Shown: positions 1 through 8,792 of the stretch, piece after piece
Numbering within the stretch: the stretch's first letter is position 1
How the letters are laid out: each line of letters begins with the position of its first letter
From: Chlorobium sp.
GTDB taxonomy: Bacteria > Bacteroidota > Chlorobiia > Chlorobiales > Chlorobiaceae
Assembly: GCA_005862285.1 (NCBI GenBank)
Contig: SZXW01000002.1
Coordinates: forward strand, 188,849 to 252,848
DNA: 64,000 nucleotides
Direction of reading: 5' to 3'
Notes under the pieces: generated by a model
Told to the model about the DNA's origin: nothing
Databases searched by the model: none
The model's input: the letters and a program-made list of their open reading frames with translations, nothing else
Position numbers and translations under genes: made by a program

Positions 1-1173
1 ATTGACGGCATTGATCTCGAAAGCTTCACCTTCTCTCATGGTGATATTGAGATCGACCGTGTTGGGATTGACGATCTGCTCCTCGATCGTCGCTTTGTAA
101 GCGAGATAACCCCGATCGAGATAAAGTGAGGTTACGTCGGAATTATCCTGTGCAAAGTTCAGTCTTTCCTGAATCAGCTTTGCATTGTAAATATCGCCCT
201 TTTTGATCTTGAATGTCTTTTCAAGAATTTCAGTCGTGGCAAAATCTTTTGTATTACCTGACCAGGTAATGTTTCCGATATGGTAAACGGGTCCCTCCTC
301 GATATAAATATCAAGAAGTATCCCTTTTTTGTCGGGAGTGTAACTTATTTCATCGCGCAGAACCTTTGCATCGCGGTATCCGTTGTTGCGGTAAAATTCG
401 ACAAGGAGGTTTTTATCCTGGCTGAATTTGTCTTTATCGAGCTTGGGTGTTCCGAAAATTTTACGCCACCATGAATTCTGGTTCGTTTCCTTGAAAACGC
501 TTCTCAGTTTTTTCTGCTTGAATGCGGTATTGCCATGGAATGTTATTTTTTCAATTGACATTTTCGTTCCTTCGGTGATCGAAAATGCAACCTTTACATG
601 ATTTTTGCCATTCTCCAGCAGCTTGTATTCGGCCCCTGCAGTCAGAAACCCTTTTGACGCATAATGTTTTTCAATTTTGTTACAGGCAGTGATCAGATCC
701 TGTTCGACAATTTTTTTGCCGGTCACTAACGGGGCGATGCGCTTCAGCTCATCAGATTTAAACTTGTGGTTTCCTTTGAATGAGACATCGTCAAGTATCG
801 GAAGTTCGGTAACGACAAATTTCAAGGCGATCCTGTTTTGGCCGAGATCTGTTTGCTCGACTGCAATATCGCTGAAGAGCTGAAGCTGCCAGAGGTATTG
901 CATCGCTCCGCTCAGTTCCATACCGGGAATTGTAATGCGGCTGCCGGTTTTAAGCGGTATGCTGTTGATCAGCTCTTCTTCCTTGACGGATTCAAGGCCG
1001 CTGAAAGAAATATCCGTTACGGTATACAGCTCTTGTTTCGGGGCTGTCGTTTCAGTCTGTTCTGTTTTACCTGCTTTTTTTACGGCACGGGTTTTAGCTT
1101 CGACATTGCTTGCTTCGGCGTTCAGGGCAACGGCAACCAGAAGTAAAGGAATCAGTTTTTGTGAATTTTTCAT
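1..1173 (-). CDS. bamA: Outer membrane protein assembly factor BamA (Omp85 family), N-terminal part; the gene runs off the window start
   Basis: It is absent from the ORF track because no stop lies in the window. My translation of the minus strand from the ATG at 1173 gives MKNSQKLIPLLLVAVALNAEA (signal peptide). Repeated POTRA-like units follow, e.g. ISFSGLESVKEEELINSIPLKTG, VSFKGNHKFKSDELKRIAPL, ITFHGNTAFKQKKLRSVF, ITWSGNTKDF...IKKGDIYN. It sits directly downstream of uppS, a common arrangement. Confidence 0.8.
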   Translation of the reverse strand, partial: MKNSQKLIPLLLVAVALNAEASNVEAKTRAVKKAGKTEQTETTAPKQELYTVTDISFSGLESVKEEELINSIPLKTGSRITIPGMELSGAMQYLWQLQLFSDIAVEQTDLGQNRIALKFVVTELPILDDVSFKGNHKFKSDELKRIAPLVTGKKIVEQDLITACNKIEKHYASKGFLTAGAEYKLLENGKNHVKVAFSITEGTKMSIEKITFHGNTAFKQKKLRSVFKETNQNSWWRKIFGTPKLDKDKFSQDKNLLVEFYRNNGYRDAKVLRDEISYTPDKKGILLDIYIEEGPVYHIGNITWSGNTKDFATTEILEKTFKIKKGDIYNAKLIQERLNFAQDNSDVTSLYLDRGYLAYKATIEEQIVNPNTVDLNITMREGEAFEINAVN

Positions 1174-1196
1174 GGAATTTCAGGTATCAGTCAAAG

Positions 1197-2045
1197 TTAA
1201 AGCTTGCTGGCTGCAATTGTCTGTTTATGAATCTGTTCGCTGGTCAGCCCGAATCTTCGCTCCCTGTTCTGGAACTCCCTGATGGCTTCGTAAAGCTGGG
1301 AACGACGAAAATCGGGCCAGTAGGTATTGGTAACGTAAATTTCGGAATATGCAGTTTGCCACAGCATGAAATTGCTTACCCTGAACTCACCGCTGGTTCG
1401 GATGAGAAGTTCCGGGTCGGGGGCAGTGGAGGTGGAGAGACAGGATGTAAAAAGCTGTTCATCAATCGACGCGGGATCGAGACGGCCGGCTGATACTTCA
1501 TAAGCTATGGATTTGCATGCTTCTACGATATCCCATTTACCGCTGTAGCTTAGTGCGATATTGAGAACAAGTTTGCTGTTGTTTTTCGTGAGCTCGATGG
1601 TCCCGTTCAGGACTCTGCGTACTTTTTCAGAAAGCTGGTTCATGTTTCCGATGACATTGAACCGGATGTTGTTATCGTGCAGTTCCCTGGTTTCTCTTCC
1701 GATAACTTTGATGAGAAGTTGCATCAGCGCAGAAACTTCTCTTTCAGGTCTTTTCCAGTTTTCCGTTGAAAAGGTGAACAGCGTAAGGTAGCCGACACCA
1801 AGTTCGGCACATGCTTCTACAACATCTCTTACGGAATCGACACCGGCTATATGCCCTTCAATTCTTGTTTTGCCTTTCATGCGCGCCCAACGGCCATTGC
1901 CATCCATGATAATTGCAACATGCCTCGGGATTTCACATGTCGCTTTCAGCTCTTCCTGGATTCTTTTATCGGCAGCGTCAGGTCCAGAGGAAAACCAGTG
2001 GGGTTTAAACGTCGACACTAAATCCATTTGTTTTATCAATGCCAT
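1197..2045 (-). CDS. uppS: Undecaprenyl diphosphate synthase (cis-prenyltransferase)
   Basis: 282-aa ORF with the hallmark motifs HVAIIMDGNGRWA, TLFTFSTENWKRP and RTSGEFRVSNFMLWQ. Confidence 0.9.
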   Translation of the reverse strand: MALIKQMDLVSTFKPHWFSSGPDAADKRIQEELKATCEIPRHVAIIMDGNGRWARMKGKTRIEGHIAGVDSVRDVVEACAELGVGYLTLFTFSTENWKRPEREVSALMQLLIKVIGRETRELHDNNIRFNVIGNMNQLSEKVRRVLNGTIELTKNNSKLVLNIALSYSGKWDIVEACKSIAYEVSAGRLDPASIDEQLFTSCLSTSTAPDPELLIRTSGEFRVSNFMLWQTAYSEIYVTNTYWPDFRRSQLYEAIREFQNRERRFGLTSEQIHKQTIAASKL

Positions 2046-2240
2046 AAATCATTTTACATCTTGTCACCAGGTCATTGGACCACAAATATACCATACGTGG
2101 AGCTTCTTCCAGGGTAAACAGCCTAAATTGAATAATATGCAGTTATTTCTTATTATACAAACTTTAGACGGAACGGAAATCCTGCATCGACAGAAAGACA
2201 GGCCCCGGATATTCTTCTCTTAAAATAATTCAAAGACAAC

Positions 2241-3668
2241 GTGCATTTAAGTAGTTATGAAGAGCTGCGATACAAACTGCTGTCGCAGGCGGTCACATGT
2301 GAAGAGGCGGTGCGTTTTTACCTCGATCGTATCGATGCCCATCGCGATGACAATATTTATATAACCGTTTTTCATGAAAAAGCTCTTGAGCGGGCAAGAA
2401 GTCTCGACAGGAAGCTCAGGGATGGAGGCGAGCCCGGAAAACTGTTCGGTATGCCGATTGCGATAAAGGACAATATCGCCATGAAAGGCGGCCGGTTGAC
2501 CTGCGCATCGAAAATCCTGAGCAATTACGAGAGCGTGTATGACGCTACTGCGGTTTTAAGGCTCGAAGAGGAAGATGCTGTTTTTCTTGGCAAAACAAAT
2601 ATGGATGAGTTTGCCATGGGCAGTTCAAACGAAAATTCCGCTTTCGGAACCGTACCGAATCCTTTCGACAAAACCAGAGTCCCCGGCGGAAGCTCGGGAG
2701 GTTCTGCTGCCGCTGTGGCCAACGGGCTCGCCATGGTAGCCCTTGGTTCCGATACTGGGGGTTCCGTCCGCCAGCCGGCGGGTTTTTGCGATATTGTCGG
2801 TCTTAAACCCACCTACGGGAGGATTTCCCGTTACGGTCTTGTCGCTTTCGCATCTTCGTTCGACCAGATCGGCGTGCTTGCCCGCAACAGCGATGATGCG
2901 GCACTTGTGCTTGGAGTTCTGGCGGGCAGGGACAAACATGACGCCACCTGTTCCCTGCATGATGTTCCTGATTACAGTGCTGAAATGACCAATGTGCATG
3001 TTGAAGGATTGAAGATCGGGGTGCCCAAAGCATTTTTTCCGGAAAACCTCAATTCCGATGTTTCCCGGATAGTGATGGGAAAACTGCATGAACTGCGCGA
3101 AAAAGGAGCGGAACTTGTCGATATAACCCTTCCGGAAAGCGATTATGCAATTGCGGCCTATTACATTCTTGTCACGGCTGAAGCTTCGTCGAACCTTGCA
3201 CGTTTCGATGGAGCCCGTTACGGTTACCGTTCATCAGAGTCAGGAGACCTTTCGTCCATGTATGTGAATTCGAGAACCGAGGGTTTCGGCAGGGAGGTCA
3301 AGCGTCGTATCATGCTTGGAACTTATGTGCTGTCTGCCGGATATTACGATACCTACTATAAAAAAGCCCAGCAGGTAAGGCGGGTATTCCAGGACAGATA
3401 CCGCGAAGCACTGGAAAAAGTCGATGTGATTGCAGGGCCGACCTCACCTTTTCCGCCTTTCGGTATCGGAGACAAGATGGCCGATCCTCTTGAAATGTAC
3501 CTTGCAGATGTTTTTACCGTACCGGCAAGTATTGTGGGTATGCCGGCTGTCAGTGTCCCGGTCGGGATGGACTCTCTCAATCTTCCGGTCGGCATGCACC
3601 TTATCTGTAATTTTTTCGAGGAAGGTAAACTTCTCGGTATCGCAAAATTGATGCAGCGAAACAACTGA
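2241..3668 (+). CDS. gatA: Glu-tRNA(Gln) amidotransferase subunit A (amidase signature family)
   Basis: 475-aa ORF with a GTG start. It has the amidase signature [12 protein letters not shown] and [12 protein letters not shown], and the length is typical of GatA. Confidence 0.9.
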   Translation: MHLSSYEELRYKLLSQAVTCEEAVRFYLDRIDAHRDDNIYITVFHEKALERARSLDRKLRDGGEPGKLFGMPIAIKDNIAMKGGRLTCASKILSNYESVYDATAVLRLEEEDAVFLGKTNMDEFAMGSSNENSAFGTVPNPFDKTRVPGGSSGGSAAAVANGLAMVALGSDTGGSVRQPAGFCDIVGLKPTYGRISRYGLVAFASSFDQIGVLARNSDDAALVLGVLAGRDKHDATCSLHDVPDYSAEMTNVHVEGLKIGVPKAFFPENLNSDVSRIVMGKLHELREKGAELVDITLPESDYAIAAYYILVTAEASSNLARFDGARYGYRSSESGDLSSMYVNSRTEGFGREVKRRIMLGTYVLSAGYYDTYYKKAQQVRRVFQDRYREALEKVDVIAGPTSPFPPFGIGDKMADPLEMYLADVFTVPASIVGMPAVSVPVGMDSLNLPVGMHLICNFFEEGKLLGIAKLMQRNN

Positions 3669-3712
3669 TTTTCAGGGAATTACTTCGTAACCATTTAATC
3701 AACGCTTCCATT

Positions 3713-4612
3713 ATGAGTGTTTTAGTCAACAAGGATACCCGTCTGCTTGTGCAGGGTATAACCGGTTCTGAGGGCACCTTTCATACCTCCCAGATTCTCG
3801 AGTACGGCACCAACGTGGTTGCCGGTGTCACACCCGGAAAGGGCGGATTTCTCTATAACGGAAACGACAGGGACAGTTTCTGCCGGCCGGTGCCGATTTT
3901 CAATACCGTCAGGGAGGCTGTCGAAAAAACGGAAGCCAATGCATCGGTTATTTTCGTACCAGCTGCATTTGCTGCTGATGCCGTCATGGAAGCTGCTGAT
4001 GCCGGACTGAAAGTTATCATCTGCATCACGGAAGGTATTCCGGTCAATGATATGATGAAAGCCTATGCTTTTGTGAAGGAAAAGGGTGCAGTGCTTGTCG
4101 GCCCGAACTGCCCGGGTGTCATCACGCCTGGAGAAGCGAAAGTCGGTATCATGCCGGGCTTTATCCATAAAAAAGGCACCATCGGCGTAGTGTCGCGCAG
4201 CGGAACCCTTACCTATGAAGCTGTTCACCAGTTGACCAATGTCGGTCTCGGCCAGTCGACCTGTATCGGTATCGGCGGTGATCCGATCATCGGCACCAGG
4301 TTTATCGATGCCGTCAAACTGTTTGCCGAAGACGAAGAGACGGAAGGCCTTATCATGATCGGAGAAATCGGCGGCAGCGCCGAGGAAGAGGCCGCCGAGT
4401 ACATCAGGGAGCATTTCCGTAAACCGGTTGTCGGATTCATCGCCGGCAGGACAGCTCCTCCGGGAAGAAGGATGGGTCATGCCGGTGCTATCGTGTCCGG
4501 CGGCAAAGGAACGGCCGAAGACAAAATCAGGGTTATGGAAGCTGCCGGCATCAATGTTGTCGAGAGCCCGGCCGATCTCGGTGAAGCCATGCTCAGGGCA
4601 CTTGGCCGATAA
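3713..4612 (+). CDS. sucD: Succinyl-CoA synthetase alpha subunit
   Basis: 299-aa ORF with [33 protein letters not shown] and the phosphohistidine loop MGHAGAI. No sucC is adjacent. Confidence 0.92.
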   Translation: MSVLVNKDTRLLVQGITGSEGTFHTSQILEYGTNVVAGVTPGKGGFLYNGNDRDSFCRPVPIFNTVREAVEKTEANASVIFVPAAFAADAVMEAADAGLKVIICITEGIPVNDMMKAYAFVKEKGAVLVGPNCPGVITPGEAKVGIMPGFIHKKGTIGVVSRSGTLTYEAVHQLTNVGLGQSTCIGIGGDPIIGTRFIDAVKLFAEDEETEGLIMIGEIGGSAEEEAAEYIREHFRKPVVGFIAGRTAPPGRRMGHAGAIVSGGKGTAEDKIRVMEAAGINVVESPADLGEAMLRALGR

Positions 4613-4615
4613 GAG

Positions 4616-4825
4616 AGTGCTGAGAGACTGAGGACTGAGGAACTAAGCCCCGTAGGGGCGGAAACTGGGTAGCCGGGGGTGAAACCCCCGGTAAAGGCCC
4701 AATAATATTTGGGTTTAGCTCTGTAGGAGCGTTATTCTCTATAGCCACGAAACGATGCTGCCCCGGTTTTGCTTTCCGGGGCAACATATGCGGGGTTGGG
4801 TACTGGTCTGATACCCAACTCCCCA
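4616..4825. repeat. Composite structured intergenic repeat: a GACTGAG heptamer run followed by two 'GC hairpin + GGCTA + CCTAC' units. It fills the sucD/bchH convergent spacer.
   Basis: It starts 4 nt after the sucD stop with agtgctgagagactgaggactgagga, followed by cccgtagggg, ggtagcc and the hairpin ccggggg-tgaaa-cccccgg. A second unit has ctgtaggagc, atagcc and the hairpin gccccgg-ttttgcttt-ccggggc. A third hairpin is ttgggta..tacccaa. An inverted copy lies at 43981-44075. Confidence 0.6.
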
Positions 4826-4839
4826 CTTACCATTACAAT

Positions 4840-7800
4840 TCACACCTCGATGCCTTCAAGGCGGTCTTCGAGGTCTGAATAGATCTCCTGCAGTTTTTCG
4901 ATCATGTCAGGGTCTGCATTCCACATGCCGCGGCCGCTCGCTTCGAGCATCCTGCCTACTATGTTCTTGAAGGCTTTCGGGTTCACCTTCATGAGCCGCT
5001 CGCGCATTTTCGGGTCCATGGCGTAAGTCTCTGCCGCTTCCTTGTAAACCCAGTCGTCTACGCCTTTTGTGACGGCATCCCAGCCAAGCATGTAAGTGAA
5101 ACGGTTGCTGATTTCTGTTGCGCCGCTGTGCCCCTGTTCCAGCATGGTCTCGAACCATTTCGGATTCAGCAGCTTGCTGCGGAACTCCACCTTGAGCGCT
5201 TTGTCGGCATCGTCAACCTTGACATCAGCCGTAAATGTTTCCACGTAGTTCAGCTTCACGTTGTCACCTTTCGGGTTGCGGCGGCGGGCTGAGAGCTGGA
5301 GTGCGCCCGATGAGGAGAAGTAACGGTCGATATCGGAGATCCCGAACTCGGCAGAATCGACCTGCTGAACGACACGGTCCACCGTACCGAGAAGGCCTTT
5401 CAGAATATCGGTTTGCTGGTCGCCGTAACGGTTGCCGCCGTAGGCGAAGCCGGTACGTTTGATGAACATGTTGTCGAGATCCTCCTCGGACTCCCATGCT
5501 GAATCCTCGACCAGTTCCTCCACCTGGGAACCGTAAGCGCCTGGAGCCTGTGTGAAGAGGCGGGAAGTGGCGCTTTCGAAATCCTTGCCTTCCTTGATGG
5601 CAGCATCGACATGCTTGCGGATGTGGTTCATCTCGTATGGTTCGATTGCCTTCGCTGCGTCCTTGACCATTTTGTCAAGGTGATCGACAAGGACACCGAA
5701 GGTGTCACGGAAGATCGAGCTGATCTGGATAAGCACGTCGATCCTCGGGCGTCCGAGTTTTTCGAGAGGGATGAGCCGGTAATGGCTGATCTTTCCCTGG
5801 GCGTCGTAAGCCGGTTCCGCTCCGACGAGGCTGATGATGACTGCGACGGCTTCACCTTTGCTTTTGATGGTATCGAGGCCCCATAGCACCTGGGCAATGG
5901 TTTCCGGGTATTCGCCTTTGTTTTCTTCGAGATGGCGCTTGATAATGGTGTCGGCGATCTGTTTACCGCGTTTGAAAGCAAGTTCCGAAGGAATTCTCCA
6001 TGGATCGATGGCATGGATGTTGCGGCCGGTCGGCAGAATGCCAGCGCCGTCTCTCACCAGATCTCCACCGGCTCCTGACGGGATGTATTCGCCGTTGAGG
6101 GCACGCAGGAAGTTCTGCATCTCCTGCCGGTTGTCCTGCAGGGCACGTTTCAGCGACAGTCCATCCTGCAGCGCAGCATTGATCGCGTCTGCCATCTCCG
6201 TGGTGGGTTTCGTACCACCAGCAATCTGATTGAAAACGTTTGATGGATTGCTGTTGCCGAAAATAGTGCCTTCAATGAATACCCTGGTATGTTCGTCGAT
6301 CATCTCGCGAGTTTTCATTGCCTGCGGTTCACCTTTGCGGGCGCGGGTTGCAAGAGCGGCGTAATCGCCGAAGGATGTGCTTGCGCCGGTTGCCTGCATG
6401 ATGATCGAGGGCAGCGACTTTTCGTTGCCGCGTACTTTCAGGTATTCAGTGATGGTGGTGACCTGCGTGTCGAGTTTCGGTGTTTCACCGAAGACGTGCA
6501 GAGAGTTGGAGATCAGACGTCCCTCGAGTTCCATGAGGTAGGTGTAGAGGCGGCTGATGTAGTTCATGAAGGACTCGCCCTCGACGCGCGGGCAGTCATC
6601 GGTGAGGTTGAGCTGCTGCGCCTTGTTGATGATGACCTCCTCGGTCTCGATGTCAACTATCTTTTCGAGTCCACGCTCGCGGTAGTCGTTAAGCATCTCC
6701 TTGAACGCCGGAAGCTCCTTGTAGAGGCCTGCGCGGGCGAGCGGAGGGATGTTGTGCGATATCATGGTTGCGTAACCGCGGCGCTTGGCGATGTTGGCCT
6801 CGCTCGGGTTGTTGATCGGGTAGATATAGAAATGCGGGACTTCGCCGAGCAGCGCGTCCGACCAGCAGTCGCCTGTTACGCCGAGTTGAAGGCCCGGCAT
6901 CCATTCGACCGTGCCGTGCATGCCGACATGCACCATGGCGCTGGCATTGAAGACACGGCTGATCCAGCGGTAGAAGCCGATATACTGGTGGTGCGGCGTG
7001 TTCTCCTTGTCGAAAAGCAGGCGCATCGGGTCGCCCTGGATGCCGAGGCGGGGCTGGACGCCGATGAAGATGTTGCCGAGGGTGACACCGCCGATAAAAC
7101 AATTGTCCGGCTTGACAGGAGCGACCTCGCCAGGGAACCCTCCCCAGCGGGCTTCGATGCGTTCGCGCTCGCGCACGGAGGTTATCGAATTGTATGTTTC
7201 GCGGTTGACCGAGAAGCAGTCCGGTTCATGGGCCTGGATCTCGAAATCGGTCGCCCTGTCGAGTATTGCGAGCAGGGCTTCGGGCGATTCCGGGATCTCT
7301 CCGACGTTATAACCTTCAGCACGCAGGGAGAGCAGGATATTGTAGATGCTTTTCGGTACGTCGAGCAGTGCGGCGCTGGCTTTCTTGCCCATACCCGGTG
7401 GATAGTCGTAAACGACGATGGCCAGTTTTTTATCCCTGTTCGGCATTTGACGAAGGTCCGAAAACTTTTTCGCGATGCCGGAAAGCCTTTCGAGGCGGTC
7501 CGGAACGGTCTGCAAGCGTCCATCCTTGATAGCGCCGAGCACGACCGGGCAGACGGCGCCGTCCATTTCGGGAAGTGAATACGTCATGGCCGACTGCAGG
7601 GGCACTACGCCCTGCGATTTCCACGAGTTGAAATCCTGTATGAAAAGTGGTTGCGAAACCACGTAGGGAGCGTTGATCTTGCCGAGGATCTCGTCGCGTG
7701 CCGCGGATGAAGCTCCCGGCGTGGTTGCGCCGGCCGGACCACCAACGAAACCGAACCCCATCATGTTCACCAGCATGTCGATGTTCGCATGCGTGAACCA

Positions 7801-8643
7801 CTCACGCGCTGCGACATGACCTTCCACACCCATCACGAATACCGGCAGGGGGTTCAAGCCCTTTGCCTCGATGGCCCGGATGGTGTTGTCGATATATTCT
7901 TTTTCCTGAAGCAGGTGCTTGCGGAAAAAGAGCATGCCTATATTTCTTTTTTTCGAAGAGTTTTTATCCTGTTTATGCAACCATTTTTCGTAGTGGTGCA
8001 GGTCCTTCTGGTATTCCGGAGCGTCAGGGTGATAGAAGCCCATCGTCGGCACTTCCTGCACTTTTTCAGCTTTTATGCCTACCTCGAAATACTCGGACAT
8101 GATGTAATTGAACATCGAAGCGAGGTTGTCAGCAGTGGGGTGCATCCAGTAGGTATACACCTGCATCCAGTTCTTGAAATCCTTCGCTTTTTTCGGGATC
8201 AGCGGCAGCATGGTGCGCATGATCTTCAAAAGCTTCATGTATCCGTAGAGCGCATCCTCATCGCGGCCTTTCACAAGCATTTTCGCGACTTTCTTCACGA
8301 TATCGGGCATTCCGCTTCCATCCCCGGCAACGACGTAGTTGCCAACTTTTGTCATCTGCATCACTTCCGGCATTGACTCGTAGGCAAAAATAACTTTCAC
8401 CTGAGACTGGTCGAGCTGCTCCTTCATCCAGTCGGCCTGTCCCTTGAACTGGATCAGGGTGGTGAAGACACAGTCCGCATTGTGGATCGCATCGGCGGCT
8501 GCCGGGTTCTGATGCTCCAGGTCCTGATCGGTCCATTGGGTGAGCTCGGCATGAGCGGAGATTTTCTCGGTTACCTCGCGCCAGACCCTCTGGTTGCATT
8601 GCTCCATCCCGACAATAGCGGCAATTCTGATTTTATCGTGCAT
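4840..8643 (-). CDS. bchH: Magnesium chelatase large subunit, BchH family (which of the Chlorobi BchH/BchS/BchT paralogs is not resolved)
   Basis: 1267-aa ORF. The N-terminal region ...VIFAYESMPEVMQMTKVGNY parallels ChlH ...VFPSMPQVMRLNKMGSF. The size and long conserved core fit ChlH/BchH rather than a shadow ORF. Confidence 0.88.
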   Translation of the reverse strand: MHDKIRIAAIVGMEQCNQRVWREVTEKISAHAELTQWTDQDLEHQNPAAADAIHNADCVFTTLIQFKGQADWMKEQLDQSQVKVIFAYESMPEVMQMTKVGNYVVAGDGSGMPDIVKKVAKMLVKGRDEDALYGYMKLLKIMRTMLPLIPKKAKDFKNWMQVYTYWMHPTADNLASMFNYIMSEYFEVGIKAEKVQEVPTMGFYHPDAPEYQKDLHHYEKWLHKQDKNSSKKRNIGMLFFRKHLLQEKEYIDNTIRAIEAKGLNPLPVFVMGVEGHVAAREWFTHANIDMLVNMMGFGFVGGPAGATTPGASSAARDEILGKINAPYVVSQPLFIQDFNSWKSQGVVPLQSAMTYSLPEMDGAVCPVVLGAIKDGRLQTVPDRLERLSGIAKKFSDLRQMPNRDKKLAIVVYDYPPGMGKKASAALLDVPKSIYNILLSLRAEGYNVGEIPESPEALLAILDRATDFEIQAHEPDCFSVNRETYNSITSVRERERIEARWGGFPGEVAPVKPDNCFIGGVTLGNIFIGVQPRLGIQGDPMRLLFDKENTPHHQYIGFYRWISRVFNASAMVHVGMHGTVEWMPGLQLGVTGDCWSDALLGEVPHFYIYPINNPSEANIAKRRGYATMISHNIPPLARAGLYKELPAFKEMLNDYRERGLEKIVDIETEEVIINKAQQLNLTDDCPRVEGESFMNYISRLYTYLMELEGRLISNSLHVFGETPKLDTQVTTITEYLKVRGNEKSLPSIIMQATGASTSFGDYAALATRARKGEPQAMKTREMIDEHTRVFIEGTIFGNSNPSNVFNQIAGGTKPTTEMADAINAALQDGLSLKRALQDNRQEMQNFLRALNGEYIPSGAGGDLVRDGAGILPTGRNIHAIDPWRIPSELAFKRGKQIADTIIKRHLEENKGEYPETIAQVLWGLDTIKSKGEAVAVIISLVGAEPAYDAQGKISHYRLIPLEKLGRPRIDVLIQISSIFRDTFGVLVDHLDKMVKDAAKAIEPYEMNHIRKHVDAAIKEGKDFESATSRLFTQAPGAYGSQVEELVEDSAWESEEDLDNMFIKRTGFAYGGNRYGDQQTDILKGLLGTVDRVVQQVDSAEFGISDIDRYFSSSGALQLSARRRNPKGDNVKLNYVETFTADVKVDDADKALKVEFRSKLLNPKWFETMLEQGHSGATEISNRFTYMLGWDAVTKGVDDWVYKEAAETYAMDPKMRERLMKVNPKAFKNIVGRMLEASGRGMWNADPDMIEKLQEIYSDLEDRLEGIEV

Positions 8644-8724
8644 AGAATTACAAAAAAGATGTGCGGTTGTTGGTTTTAACAGGATTGCGAAATGTAATAA
8701 AATCCTCTGATGATTGCTAACGAT

Positions 8725-8760
8725 TAAAAAAAGAGCCGGCCCCCTTGCGGGAGCCGGCTT
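8725..8760 (-). terminator. Rho-independent terminator downstream of the TonB-dependent receptor gene
   Basis: On the minus strand the 7-bp stem agccggc/gccggct has loop tcccgcaagggg and is followed by ctcttttttt. Confidence 0.6.
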
Positions 8761-8792
8761 TTGCTTTGATGATGTACTACGTCAGGCTTGCT

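Noticed and set aside
3713-4612. sucD without an adjacent sucC as a possible rearrangement.
   Set aside because: As far as I recall, sucC and sucD are unlinked in Chlorobi genomes. The gene is intact with all motifs, so there is nothing anomalous in the sequence itself.
4616-4660. Tandem short repeats (GACTGAG heptamers; ggaccgatc x2 at 22858-22875) as possible CRISPR or phase-variation tracts.
   Set aside because: There are only 2-3 units, no spacer-repeat periodicity and no cas genes. They lie outside coding 5' regions, so they are neither CRISPR arrays nor obvious contingency loci.
6289-7578. Long antisense ORFs inside real genes: 6289-7578 (+) in bchH, 30262-31257 (-) in dus, 11939-12811 (+) in the Spt-like gene, 49955-50857 (+) and 46308-46838 (+) in the rSAM genes, 47881-48615 (+) in ATPase-3, 3722-4480 (-) in sucD, 13047-13718 (-) in the SDR gene, 42251-43072 (+) in the 509-aa rSAM gene.
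   Set aside because: Each lies fully inside a gene with clear family motifs on the other strand. Their translations are low-complexity and Arg/Gly/His/Asp-rich with no recognisable motifs, as is typical of shadow ORFs.
4840-8643. An alternative call of the 1267-aa protein as cobaltochelatase CobN, given the neighbouring TonB-dependent receptor.
   Set aside because: The N-terminal region follows the ChlH/BchH pattern (ESMPEVMQMTKVGNY versus PSMPQVMRLNKMGSF), and the context is a BChl-producing organism. The two genes are separated by a terminator. The paralog identity (BchH/S/T) remains open.
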